64,000 nucleotides of DNA, taken from the NCBI RefSeq assembly GCF_036971445.1, contig NC_091480.1, forward strand, positions 38,502,001-38,566,000, given 5' to 3'. A program made the translations under genes and the position numbers. The notes beneath the pieces are model-generated. The model worked only from the letters and a program-made list of their open reading frames with translations. It did not search any database and was not told the origin of the DNA. Source of the DNA: Narcine bancroftii. Its lineage: Eukaryota. Positions 38,157 to 50,529 of this stretch are shown here, one piece after another (positions within the stretch are counted from its first letter, which is position 1; the number at the start of each line of letters is the position of its first letter).

Positions 38157-40009
38157 CTCTAGGAGGCTAAGTATGAAGGGATTAACCATTTATGTCTGAA
38201 ATGAGCAAGTCATTTTTTTTTACAGGACTGTGCATCTCTAGAATTGTCTGTGCCACAAGGCGATGGATGCTGAAGTCAAGGCTGATATCAAGAGATTTTT
38301 CAAATTAAATCGCATGGAGATGGAGTAGATAAGTAGAATTGAAGACCAGTCACGGAGTGGGTTTAAGGAGCCATATGACCTTCGCAGATTCTGTTTCCCA
38401 CGGTTCTCACAGCCTGATAAACTAGCCAATGCTGTACCTTTCAGGAACAGCAAAAGAAAAATCCAGATTAACTGGTCATTCAACTTTTGAAGGTTAGCTG
38501 CCATGTTTGTATACACAACACAATGAACTGCATCAGTGACTTTATAAGTACCTTGAGACTTTTGCATTGGACATAATAAATTGGAAGGTAAATACTCATC
38601 TAAATAAAGTCAATGACAACCCTCCAGGGACTGTGAGAGTAAATAGTAATAAAAGACACATGAAAGTGATTTAGATGTTGCTCTGGGTTATACTCCACAA
38701 TCATTCTTTAAGCAAGCAGCGCAGAATCTGTTGAGTTTGAAATTACCAAAATATTTAAGGTAGGTGCTTTTAAAATACAGGTATCTGGTTTCCATTTGCA
38801 GCTCCAATTGTCCTAACTGGGGTCCTTTGAGTGATCTCACATCCATATTTGGGAGCTTCAAGGCTTTTATATTGAACATGTACCAGAAAATTTAACAATT
38901 TTCCCCAAAAAAGTGCATGATAAGCTTTGTCATTATTCATCCATCTGTTTTCTTTACTTGTATTTTATTGGAAATTAAAATCTTGGTGATGGGAACACAG
39001 TAAGATATAAATGCAAATATTTTCTACCTATTTTCTGTTTTGTCCCCTCTTTTAGGTCCCATTAGCAAAGCTGGAGATACTTAATCTCAAATAAGAGTGA
39101 AATTTATCATAAAAAAGAAGAGACACAAAAATTCCATCTTGGCTACAAGGTCTTCTAGTTCTAAACTCCGCACCACTCGCCATCCGTTCCCTCCATAAGA
39201 GAAAACAGGAAAGTGATGCTCAAGTCTTTTACTTATCCCAATGGTGAGCAATGATGCCAATGTTGAATAGATGGAACAGTGAATCTTCCCACTCATTTTT
39301 TTTACTTCCACCGCACAGAATTTTCCCTTCACACCACAATTGAGACTGTAAACTGTAAACAGGTTCCTGTGTTTCTAATCAGTTCATTATTCATTGTATG
39401 ATTTGCACAGTTATATTTATTTTGAAACATAAGCATCCATCTTTGGAGCAGCAATAAGACAAAGACATTAATGCAGGAGAAATAGGATCATGGTTGAATT
39501 TCGAAGTTACAAACCCTTTGAATGAAAAAGTCCCAAATGTCTTATTTTGAGGTTATAACTGCTCATTCCAAATTCTCCAGCAGGGGAAACATCCACTCTG
39601 CAACAAATCCCTTTCACATTTAAAAACAGATTTTTAAGCAGGGTTCGACATCAGAGCTTTGCCCAACTTGAGAACATCATACCTTCTAGAATTAACATTC
39701 TTAAAAACATGCTGGATTTTTCATAATTTTTAGCCATATTTAAATGTTTGTGGATGGCAGTCTAACATGCTGAACACTTGAAACAAACAATACATATAAA
39801 AGGAAACTTCCCAAGAAATGAGAGATTGGAAACCAGTCTGTCAATGCCCCATATCACAATTAAAAGTTAAAAATCAGGATCAATATTTTTGTACTGTTGG
39901 CAAGGCTATAAAAGATTAAAGGACCAAGGCATGTAGAAGGGCAAAGTACAGATTAGTCGCCTTTAACATGAATAGCAGAAAAGCCTGGATGGCTCTTCTT
40001 TTGTTCTCC

Positions 40010-40592
40010 TTTAGTACAGCCCCTTCGACTCTCGATGTTGTGCCGACCCATATAGTCCTTAAAATAAACACTAAACCCTCCCTACTCTGTAACCTTTTTT
40101 TCTTCCATCCATGTCCCTGTCTAAGAGTCTCTTAAATGCCCCTAATGTTTCAGCCTCCACCACCATCCCCGGCAAGGCATTCCAGGCTCCCACAACTCTC
40201 TTTGCAAAAGACAACACCCCTGATCTCTCCCCTAAACCTCTCTCCCTTTACTTTGTACATATGTTCTCTGGTGATTGCTATTCCTGCCCTGGGAAAAAAT
40301 AGGTACTGGCTGTCCATCATCCTCCCATAATCTTGTAGACCTCAATTAAGTCTCCTCTCATCCTTATGCATTCCAAAGTGAAAAGTCCCAGCTCTGCTAA
40401 CCTTGGTTCAATCCAGGCAACATCCTGGTAAATCTCCTCTTCATCCTCTTCCTCGTCCTTCCTATAATGAGGTAGCAGAACAAATACTCTAAGTGTGGTT
40501 GCACCAGAGATTTGCAGAGTGGCAACATGACTTTCTCAACTCTTGAACTCAATCCTATTAAAGAAACCCAACATCCCATAGGCCTTCTTAAC
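40010..40592 (-). mobile_element. CR1 LINE 3' fragment
   Basis: LCKSLVQPHLEY...RRFTRMLPGL. Confidence 0.8.
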
Positions 40593-41289
40593 ACATTTAT
40601 TTTGGGAATAAATATGTAGAAGTTTCCACTGTTATCTGTCTGTCACCAGAATGGGGAAACACCATTTTGTCTATAATTTACATGGATTTCAATTTTATTC
40701 AAAGTAATTGATAATCAAGTTATATTTTCCCTCCAACCGTTTTTGTGTGAAGATTCATCTCATTTTAATGATTCCTATCCCTTTGTCAGGGGAAAAAAAG
40801 TGGTCCAGGGGAGATTAGGAATATTCTCACATGCCCATATTTTCTAGTCACCCCTCCCTCAACCCTGGAACTCAGCAACCAGCTCAACTTTCTAGGGTAT
40901 TGTTTCTGTGACAATCTAAAATTTATTATACATCCACCCATTTCCAAGGCAGTTCTGAACTTAAAATTGTAGACAAAAAAGTAGGATTGAATTGGTCTCT
41001 CTAAATGATCCTTACCCAGATCATTTTCGTAAAGTACAGGTCATTGAACAGGTATTCTGTTCAGTGTGGTAATTTTTCTGATGTCTGACCATTTTGAAGA
41101 TTTTGCATTCTCTGCTTCTAGTTACTAAATCTTAGAACATAGAGGGCAGAAAGACATCTTAGAACTGGCATTCTAAAGTACCAATCCTTGGCCTTTTCAC
41201 TAAACCTTCTCTTCACTGCTCCTTTGTAACTTGATAGTATTTGAAGAAACCTCTACCATCAGAGGAGTCTACAATGAGTATAAATTCAT

Positions 41290-41780
41290 CTGGAACCACG
41301 TAAACACCTGCAACAGCAGGTCAGACTCAGCAAGTGGCAAGTGACTCAGCTCTCAACACCCTAGACCTTTCCACCATCTACCATGCATAAGTCAGGACCA
41401 TGATGGGATGCTCTCCATCACTTGAATGAGTGCAGCCCTAACAACATTCAAAATACTCAACTCAGGTAAGATAAGGTAGCCTGCCTGGCAAGGACCCATC
41501 CATCATCCTAAACATTCATTTCATCTGGAAAATGCACTGCAGTTATTCACCCATGCTATTGTGACTGGTCCTCCCAATCCAATCACCTCTGCAGGAGTTC
41601 GCTTCCTAGTCATATAACATCTTTCATTGTTGCTGGATTTAAATGCTGGAACTCTATCGCCAGCTCCACTGCAGGAGCATGTAAACCAAAATATCTACAG
41701 AGGTTCTAAAAAGGCAATTATAGATGGACAATCAGTGTTGGCATTGCCAGTCATGCTCCAGAGAAAATGAATAAAAAATG
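41290..41780 (+). mobile_element. Ancient CR1/L2-type LINE 3' fragment
   Basis: STIYHA.VRTMMGCSP-like remnant. 3' end is the inverse of 28560-28720. Confidence 0.6.
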
Positions 41781-42224
41781 CAGCACAGCCCCAACTAGTT
41801 TATGCTGAATCATCGAATGGTTACACACTAGAGTGGAGCCATTTGGTCCTTGGTGTGTGTGCTGGGTCTCTGAGAAGAACTCAGTGGTTCCATCACCAAG
41901 CCCTTGACTGTACCCATGCAAATTATCCTGATCCACTTATGTATTCAGTTCCTTGTATCCGAAACCTTTACACATAATTTTAATTCTCATCATTTTATAC
42001 CTGTAACCTCTAGACTTCAATCCACCCACCAATGAAATAACATCCCAATGTCTATATCGCTTCATCACCTTATAGACTTCTATCAGATCCCTCCCTAATT
42101 CTTTTCTTCACTAAAAAAAAACCTCTGCCTCTGTAATCTACCTTTGCAACTGTAGTTCCTCAACCAAGGAACCATTCTCATGATCTTTTCTGAGGCCCAC
42201 ACATTTTTCCTTTGGGACAACAGT

Positions 42225-43055
42225 CAAGATTCAATTTATTGTCATGTAATAAAACAGTGTCATATTACAGAAAATTGCTTTTGTCTGCTGTAAGACAGAA
42301 AGATTTCCCATTGGCAGAAATTACCTGAAATGCCTCGTAGTCAGAATAAGAGAAGCAAAGGAGAGTTCCCCACAGAGTCCCAGACTGTTCGTGGATTCGC
42401 TTCCAGTGCTCCTGCAGTCTTCGCAGTCACACAGAGTCCAGTCCAAGCCATTGGCAACCTGAACTTCAGATCTGAACCTCTGATACAATTAGAAACGCTT
42501 CAGTGCCCTCGGTAGCCTCTTGCATCCCAGATCAGATATCTGGTACCCCTTCAACCTTTTTCAAACCAGTCTCCAACAGTCTACAGCCTGGTGTGAGTCC
42601 CTTGACTGCAGTCTTCTGCAGCCCACAGACTATGTGAGTTCCTCGCCTTCAGTCACAGCACCCTGCCGCCTGTGTGTTTTTTCAACCGCAGAACCCCTCT
42701 CTGGTCCGACGCCATGATCACTGTCCTGTGGGTCATCTCCTCAGCTTCTCCTTCTCAAATGTGGGTGGTCTTCCTGTTTCCTGGTGCCCTACGCCAGTCC
42801 TCCAATTTCCAGGAGTATGCAACCCTTAGTGGCTGTTGCCGACATTAGGCATTGCCATCTGGGGCGCAGACCCCGCAATCGCTAAATCTTAAATAAAACT
42901 ACCATAAACGGGCCGTTCAAAGCCTGTATGGAGCTGACAGAAATCAGACTGGGCAGTTAGACCCCTTGGTGGCACTGTGTCTCCGCTCCTTGCTCTCCAT
43001 GGGGTCCTTGTCAGCAGCAGTGCTGCCGTTAAAGCAGCTCTGGCAGCGGTACCAT
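42225..43055 (-). mobile_element. Probable non-autonomous retroelement with Rex1-like 3' tail
   Basis: Minus-strand end catgacaataaattgaatcttga resembles the Rex1 tails at 2028 and 20297. GC-richer non-coding body. Confidence 0.4.
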
Positions 43056-43259
43056 TAATTTTCAGCCAGAGTTGTACACAATTTTCCACAACCTATTCTT
43101 AATAAAGATTCAGCCTCACTTCCCTGATTTTATTTTTAAACATGCAGCACGGTAACAGGCCCTTCTAGCCCATGAGCCCATGTCCTCAAATATCCCAAAG
43201 AACCTACAACCCATGCAGACAAGGGAGAATGAATGTACTCCATGCATTGCTGATAAAGC

Positions 43260-44277
43260 CTTCTTTGGCTTGGCTTCACGGACGAAGATTTATGGAGGGG
43301 TATGTCCACGTCTGTTGCAGGCTTGTTGGTGACTGACAAGTCCGATGCGGGACAGGCAGGCATGGTTGCAGCGGTTGCAAGGGAAAATTGGTTGGTTGGG
43401 TGTTGGGTTTTTCCTCCTTTGTCTTTTGTCAGTGAGGTGGGCTCTATGGTCTTCTTCAAAGGAGGTTGCTGCCCGCCGAACTGTGAGGCGCCAAGATGCA
43501 CGGTTGGAGGTGATATCAGCCCACTGGCGGTGGTCAATGTGGCAGGCACCAAGAGATTTCTTTAGGCAGTCCATGTACCTCTTCTTTGGTGCACCTCTGT
43601 CTCGGTGGCCAGTAGAGAGCTCGCCATAGAACACGATCTTGGGAAGGCGATGGTCCTCCATTCTGGAGATGTGACCCACTCAGCGCAGTTGGGTCTTCAG
43701 CAGCATGGATTCGATGCTTGGGGACTCTGCCAGCTCAAGTACTTCGATGTTGGTGATGAAGTCATTCCAATGAATGTTGAGGATGGAGCGGAGACAGCGC
43801 TGATGGAAGCGTTCTAGGAGCCGTAGGTGATGCCGGTAGAGGACCCATAATTCGGAGCCGAACAGGAGCATGGGTATGACAACGGCTCTGTACACGCTGA
43901 TCTTTGTGTGTTTCTTCAGGTGGTTGTTTTTCCAGACTCTTTTGTGTAGTCTTCCAAAGGCCCTATTTGCCTTGCCGAGTCTGTTGTCTATCTCTTTGTC
44001 GATCCTTGTATCAGATGAAATGGTGCAGCCGAGGTAGGTAAACTGGTTGACCGTTTTGAGTTCTGTGTGCCCGATGGAGATGTAAGGGGGCTGGTGGTCA
44101 TGGTGGGGAGCTGGCTGATGGAGGACCTCAGTTTTCTTCAGGCTGACTTCCAGGCCAAACATTTTGGCAGTTTCCGCAAGACAGGACGTCATGCGCTGGA
44201 GAGCTGGCTCTGAATGGGCAACTAAAGCGGCATCATCTGCAAAGAGTAGTTCATGGACAAGTTGCTCTTGTGTCTTG
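43260..44277 (-). mobile_element. RTE LINE, longer and more diverged copy (B-like)
   Basis: ELLFADDAAL RT motif at about 44220-44250, FTYLG. In-frame stop at QLR*. Same C-terminal Cys/His motif. Confidence 0.93.
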
Positions 44278-44663
44278 TCAAAATGACTTGGAGATCCTTT
44301 ACTTCCACCAAGAAAGTGAGTAGATCCTTGGTTTAATTATCAAAAAGACAGAAAAGTTTACACAATACTATGTGTCCTCATTGCTGCACTGGATAATCAG
44401 GCAGTGCACAGTCATAGGCAAGATTTTACAATTCATGTCTGGAACATCAAAACTTACTGAGTAAGCTACCAAATAAGCCCCAACAGATACTTGGAATGCA
44501 GAAAAGTATCAAATAGTGGGGAGTATGTCAGAAATAGAAATCAAATAATACATTCCCCTCAAATTATATTGGCTGCCATTCCTGTGATCAATGCAGGGTG
44601 CACTGTATCAAGACAGAAAACAAAAATATTTGATTGTAACTTCTTCTTAAGTATACTTTAAAT

Positions 44664-44796
44664 CAGAGGTTCTCAACTTTTTATTTTCCCACTCAGATAC
44701 CACTTTAAGTATTCCCTATGCCATAGGTGTTCGATAATTAGTAAGGGATTGCATAAAGCGGTGTGTGGGTGGAAAGAAAAAGTTTGAAAACCACTG
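44664..44796. mobile_element. hAT Buster-type MITE (133 bp)
   Basis: TIRs cagaggttctcaacttttt / aaaaagtttgaaaaccactg with an internal imperfect palindrome. Confidence 0.8.
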
Positions 44797-45007
44797 TTTT
44801 AATCATACCTAATCATCTCGTTATGTGCACAGTTTCATAACTCCAAAGAAAATGGGCCAATGACAATTTTTATCAAGCAAAATATTTCAGTAACAATTGG
44901 GACTAGAGCAGTGATTTTCAATCTTAAAGTTGCTTTTCATCAAACAATGCTAATCATGGTTTTAACTCAATCGAGAGATTTCTGTTTTAACCAGCGTGTT
45001 ACAAATA

Positions 45008-45453
45008 GAGTCCACGCTGCTGAAGATCCAGCTGCGCTGGGTGGGTCACGTCTCCAGAATGGAGGACCATCGCCTTCCCAAGATCGTGTTATATGGCGAG
45101 CTCTCCACTGGCCACCGTGACAGAGGTGCACCAAAGAAAAGGTACAAGGACTGCCTAAAGAAATCTCTTGGTGCCTGCCACATTGACCACCGCCAGTGGG
45201 CTGATAACGCCTCAAACCGTGCATCTTGGCGCCTCACAGTTTGGCGGGCAGCAACCTCCTTTGAAGAAGACCGCAGAGCCCACCTCACTGACAAAAGGCA
45301 AAGGAGGAAAAACCCAACACCCAACCCCAACCAACCAATTTTCCCTTGCAACCGCTGCAATCGTGTCTGCCTGTCCCGCATCGGACTTGTCAGCCACAAA
45401 CGAGCGACTTTTTACCCCCTCCATAAATCTTCGTCCGCGAAGCCAAGCCAAAG
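45008..45453 (+). mobile_element. RTE LINE, variant A, 5'-truncated
   Basis: Nearly identical to 4996-5447 except a short deletion over the stop codon. 8-bp TSD acaaatag (45001-45008 / 45454-45461). Confidence 0.93.
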
Positions 45454-46399
45454 ACAAATAGTTTGCACATTCAGATGAAGAATCTTTTTTTTGACTGGTC
45501 CACCCTCTCCCTAGTTATACTACATTTGTTGCTAAACAGCACTATTGCCACGTCTTTAAACTCCCCTACCTGAGCCCTCTTCTATTTAACTATGTATTAT
45601 AGTCATTTAGTGGCAAACTAGACTCACCAGTCACTGCAGTTGAGTTAAGACCAACTGCCTTACTCAACACTGATGCGCATTTTTAAAACACCCTCACTCT
45701 TGACGGCCTTTGAGATGCTTGGCCTGGAAATGATGATTGGCAGCAAGCCCGGTATTTCAGGGCTTCCTGTTCTTGCCGACTCAAACCTCCGTGAGCTGGT
45801 TTGTTGCATAGCAAGCTTCAGCCCGCTACAGTATTTAGTTTAAAGCCTTATCTGCAGCCTTCATTATTATAGCCTAATTCAAGTTAACAAACACAAAACA
45901 TTAATTTTCAGCTCTCTTCTAATTTGTTTAACTTTACTGAACTGTCCTCCTTGCCAACAAAACAGAACAATCATGGATTTTTTTGTGCTTCTCGTGAATG
46001 CTTCTCTATTTAAACTCATGGGAGATAAATATATCATCATTCATTTCCAATATCTTCTACATTTTAATTAGAAATGAGAGATAAGGGTCCAGTGTCCTTG
46101 CCGAACCTTGCACCATCTGCTCTTAACTTGTAACAATCTAATAAAAATGCAGCAATATCAGCAGTGAAGAGAAAGTGATCCAATGCACAATATTTCAAAT
46201 TACAGAATGTGACTCCTACTGAAATGGCCACATTTTCGCCGCACTAACAGGTCCTCTTTAGGTAACAGAAATGACATGTGATATTGAAACAGCGCAAATC
46301 TAGTTCAGGTATGCCCACAGTGTAGTTGGATGGGGAGTTCCAAGTCAGACCCCAGCAACAGTGAAGAGTGTTGAAAAGAACCAGCAGTTAACAGAGTAA

Positions 46400-46562
46400 T
46401 AAATGATCTGCTGGAGGAACAGCATTGGTGGGAAGGAACTAAGGCTTGAAGAGCTTCAGCCTGAAATGTTGACCATTCTTTCTCTCCCATCGATGCTGCT
46501 CACCCTCCAGCAGATTGTTTGTTGCTCCAGATTCCAGCATCTGCAATCCCTTGTGTGTCTCC
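46400..46562 (+). mobile_element. Penelope-derived pLTR fragment
   Basis: cttgaagagcttcagcctgaaatgttgac...gatgctgc...ctccagca...ccagcatctgca, with a short inverted piece tctgctggagg upstream. Confidence 0.55.
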
Positions 46563-46577
46563 AGCAGTTTGAAATTT

Positions 46578-46858
46578 GAATGCAGCGCAGTAACAGGCCC
46601 TTCCAGCCCATGAGAACCTGCTGCCCAAATTCACCATTTAACCTACAGCACCTGTAGATTTTTGAAGGAAGGAAATCCTTTTTCAGGCACTCTAGTTTCC
46701 TCCCGTGAAGGATTTCCTTCTTCAAAAATCTTTCACAGGAGGAAACTGGAGTGCCTGGAAAAAGCCCATGCAGACACGGGAGAACGTACAAACTCCTTAT
46801 AGACAGCGCCAGATTTGAACCAAGGTTGTTGGCACTAACTGCTAAACTAACTGCACTG
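46578..46858 (-). mobile_element. V-SINE/HE1-like SINE with internal inverted duplication
   Basis: Reverse V-core; rearrangement at 46656-46762. Confidence 0.8.
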
Positions 46859-49112
46859 CTAGTATTCTGATCCACATTATTTGTTTTCTTTCATGTGCTA
46901 GAGATTTGGGAGGTTTTGTCAAAGAAACCTAGTAAATTGAGAATGCAGAGAGTGCCAATCGTCTAAGCAAGTCAAAAATATTCCACTGAATTCCAGCCTG
47001 TCGTTCATCTCTTACCTCCCCAAGGGCTTCAATTGTAAAGGTGTGGGGAGGCAGGCGATGAATCTACACCACAGGATATCCATTTTTTGACCTGTTCTTG
47101 TAGCTATAGAATTTAAGTGGTTGGTACAGTTAAAATTCTTGTCAACAGTAATCCCTGAGTGGGTGCAAAACACATTAATAACAATGTAATTGATTTCTTT
47201 CAGTGACCTACTATAGTTCTGTTTCTATAAATTCTTTACACATGTGTGAGCCCTTTGCAAACTTTGTTCTTTTGAATTAAAACAAACTTATCTGCACCTG
47301 GAAGACTGAAACATTGAAAAGTTCGGTGCTGAGGCACACATTTGGCTCATCAACACTGTGCTGGCTTCATTAAAGCTTAATTAAGACAACATAGTACCAT
47401 CTCTCTTGAGGGAACACTAATTTACATGATATGATTAATCAACTAGCTCTGTAGCTTAAATACATTTATTAAAATGTTCTTTGAAAGGCATTGTTTTCTT
47501 TATCTACTTCTAACTCCCTTGGTTATCCACAATTCTCAAGAATGCCTCAAGTCAAATGCTTGGAACTTTTCCATGCCTTTATTCTCCTTTTCTCCCCAAG
47601 AGGAAGCATCCAATATCCCTCTGACTCAAATTGAAATCAGGGTTGCGAACTTAATGTATAAACCCATTCAGTAAGGAATTGCAGCTCGTCACTCATGTAA
47701 ATGTATCCAAATAATCATATACCGACTTGAAAAATGCCCAGAATTCTAGGTATCATCACCTTGGTTGTTAGATTAGGTGAATACATAATTTGTGTTGTAA
47801 ATCTTCCAAAACTAAACTCAGCTGTCTGTGTCTTTGATAGGGGATGAAGTCAAAACCAAAAGCATTCTGAGAATCCCTCAGCTCTTTAAAAGCATCTAAT
47901 TGAACTTGTAGATAACTATATTTTCAAATGGCTGTTTAAGTACCTCTCCCAGGGACAAGAATTTCTAATTGTTGGTTTCAGGCTGTTGGGCGCTATCAGT
48001 AGCCCCAATAACTACTAGGACAAAGACTGAGGGGAACGACAGACTGCTGGCCCAAGTCCAAGGAATGAGGGGGAAGGAGAGGGGACTCGACCTTTATGGC
48101 TCTGGGTCACATGGGCAGGACTAAGGGAGGAGCCAATGTAGAAGGACACCCGGAGGGAGGGCCAGCCAGCACACATCACTACACTCACCCCACTATAAAA
48201 AAAATGGAACTCACTGGAAGCAATCAACAACCGTGGGTGATAACATCAACCATTTTAACACCAACAATACAGTAACACAAAAGCTGCAGTATAATCACAT
48301 CATACAAGGGGTGGGAGGAGCAGACGCCCCCCCCCCCCCCCCACCAGCTGGAGGTTGAGTCGCACAGGTGGCCTCCTCTGTCTGCTGGACCGGCGTGGGA
48401 CCGGCGTGTACCGTACGGTGCTCCTCCGGAGAGGAGACCTACGAGGGAGTGTCCACTGCAGGGACTGTCTGAAATGGAGTGTCAGCGGTGGACTCCTGGA
48501 GTGCTGGGGGGTCCTCCACTGCTGCATGGGGGGGTAGATGCCTGGACATCCAGCTGCAAGGCAGGCAGCTCAGGCTCCAGGGTCGTGCTCTGATGCAGCA
48601 CGATAGGGTCCGTGGCATGGTCAGTAGCCGGCAAAGCGGTCTCAGGGTTTCCAGCCTTTGCCAGATCTCATATTGGTACAGTGTCCTCATGGCTATCCAG
48701 GTACCTCACAAATGCGTATTGAGGGTTTGCATGTATGAGGTGCACCGCTTCAACCAGGGGGTCTGTCTTATGGCCCCTGACGTGCTTCCGAAGCAGAACT
48801 GACCCTGTGGTCAGCCAGGGAGGGATGGATGAACCATTTGCCGATCTCCTAGAAAAAGCAAAGAGAGTCTCCAGGTGGCGCTCATGGAGTGAACACGTTT
48901 TGGTTTTTGCTCCATAAAATATACTATTTTTAACCTGTATCCACCTTTGAACTAACTTCACAGAAGTCAGAAAGATCTTTATTATTTCTCTATTTATACT
49001 TGAGTCTGAAAATTTTGAAGAAACGACTGAAGGAAAAGCTACACGAGCTAAAACCCGGGCAGAAGAAGGTGACGGCCGAGAGAAGAAACAACCAGACATT
49101 AAACTAAGTGAG

Positions 49113-49868
49113 ATGACCTTCAATGACTTTTTGAAATTTTTTCGTGATGAATTCAAAGATGTTTGTCGCAAAAAAGACCTAGCTGAACTTCGTACAGCTT
49201 TAATTGCCTCAGAAGCTGAAACCAAAAAACAACATATCTTAATTGCAGCTCTTCAGACTGAAGTACAACAAAAAGAGATTAGACTGGCTGAGGTCGAACA
49301 GAAACTTTCCAAAGCAATTAAACAGCTAGAAGCGCTCCAGCTGAAAAGCATTGATTCAGAGAACCGTTCCAGAAGACAAAATATTCGTTTGGTTGGAATT
49401 CCTGAAGGCATTGAGAAAGGAGATCTCCTGACGTTTTTTGCTGAGCTATTAAAAGAAGCATACCCATCCGAATTCCCTGCTGATCCACCGCTACTCGATA
49501 GAGTACATCGTATCTGGAACCAAAATGCTGAAGCTTCTAAACCCAGAGTGGTGATGGTCCGTATGCACTACGTGAGTACAAAGGATAGATTGATTCGTAC
49601 AGCCAGAAGACTTGGAAATGTGACTGTTTGTGGCTTTAGTCTAAGAGCCTATGAAGATTTTAGTCCGGAGGTAGTACGGGCTCGAAGACTGTTTAAAGAT
49701 CTGATGTCCGAATGTTTTGAGAAGAAACTGAAACCTGCGCTCTTGTATCCTGCGAGGCTCAGAATTTCTCTGGAGAACCAAGTTCGTCAAATATTCGACT
49801 CCGTGTTTGCAGCACGGAACTACCTGTCGGCTAATTTCCCGTCTAGCGCGACCTCTCAGCCCAAGTGA
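49113..49868 (+). CDS. L1 ORF1p (coiled coil plus RRM/CTD, Transposase_22-like)
   Basis: Heptad-rich region, then ENRSRRQNIRLVGIPEG, LDRVHR, KPRVVMVR, YEDFSPEV and LLYPARLRI. The frame stays open upstream to an ACG at 49023. Confidence 0.9.
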   Translation: MTFNDFLKFFRDEFKDVCRKKDLAELRTALIASEAETKKQHILIAALQTEVQQKEIRLAEVEQKLSKAIKQLEALQLKSIDSENRSRRQNIRLVGIPEGIEKGDLLTFFAELLKEAYPSEFPADPPLLDRVHRIWNQNAEASKPRVVMVRMHYVSTKDRLIRTARRLGNVTVCGFSLRAYEDFSPEVVRARRLFKDLMSECFEKKLKPALLYPARLRISLENQVRQIFDSVFAARNYLSANFPSSATSQPK

Positions 49869-50529
49869 CCAATAAAAAATGTGGTAGATATCGGTCTTTT
49901 TCAGGTTAATAGTCAGACTCTGCTTTCTGACCATTCGAAAAGTAATAGATCATTGTAGCTCTAATTATCCTGTTCATCTCTAACACATTTTTATATATTT
50001 TTTTTCTCCTCTGTGAGAAATTTTTTTTAATATATAAGTGTATGTTTAATTTTATATTAATCTATACTAATAATATGATTATATTCTTTACTATTTTATT
50101 TTTGAGTTACTGAAAATGGCGATTTTTTAATTTTTTGTTTATTAAAACTTTTTGCGGTTTTTTTTACATTCGCCATTTTCTCTTTGTCTTTCTCCATAAA
50201 ATCCTTCTTATAAGTTTAGGTGGTGGATCTTACCTTATATTAGGAGCTGCCGTCTGAAGACATGGGGGTAGGTTTAGTGTTATTTCTTCTTTTTACTCTG
50301 ATCGCTCTCTGGTCAGATGGGGGGCTTTTTGGGTGGGGGGTGGGTTTTGTTTTTCTTTCAGGGGTTTTTATGTTTCATTTTCTTTCGTTTTTTCTTGATT
50401 TTTTTTAGAACTACAGATATGGCTGACGCGTCGTCATTTCCGGTCCTTCCTTATATCTTAATTCTTCTTCCGGGCGCATGGGTCCCTGCTTTGGTTAACC
50501 ATTTATATACTGGAGGGTTGACCTAAGTA

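Noticed and set aside
48668-49225. 185-aa minus-strand ORF as an L1 ORF0-like gene
   Set aside because: It is a chimera of antisense L1 5' sequence running by chance into the Gypsy integrase frame across the insertion junction.
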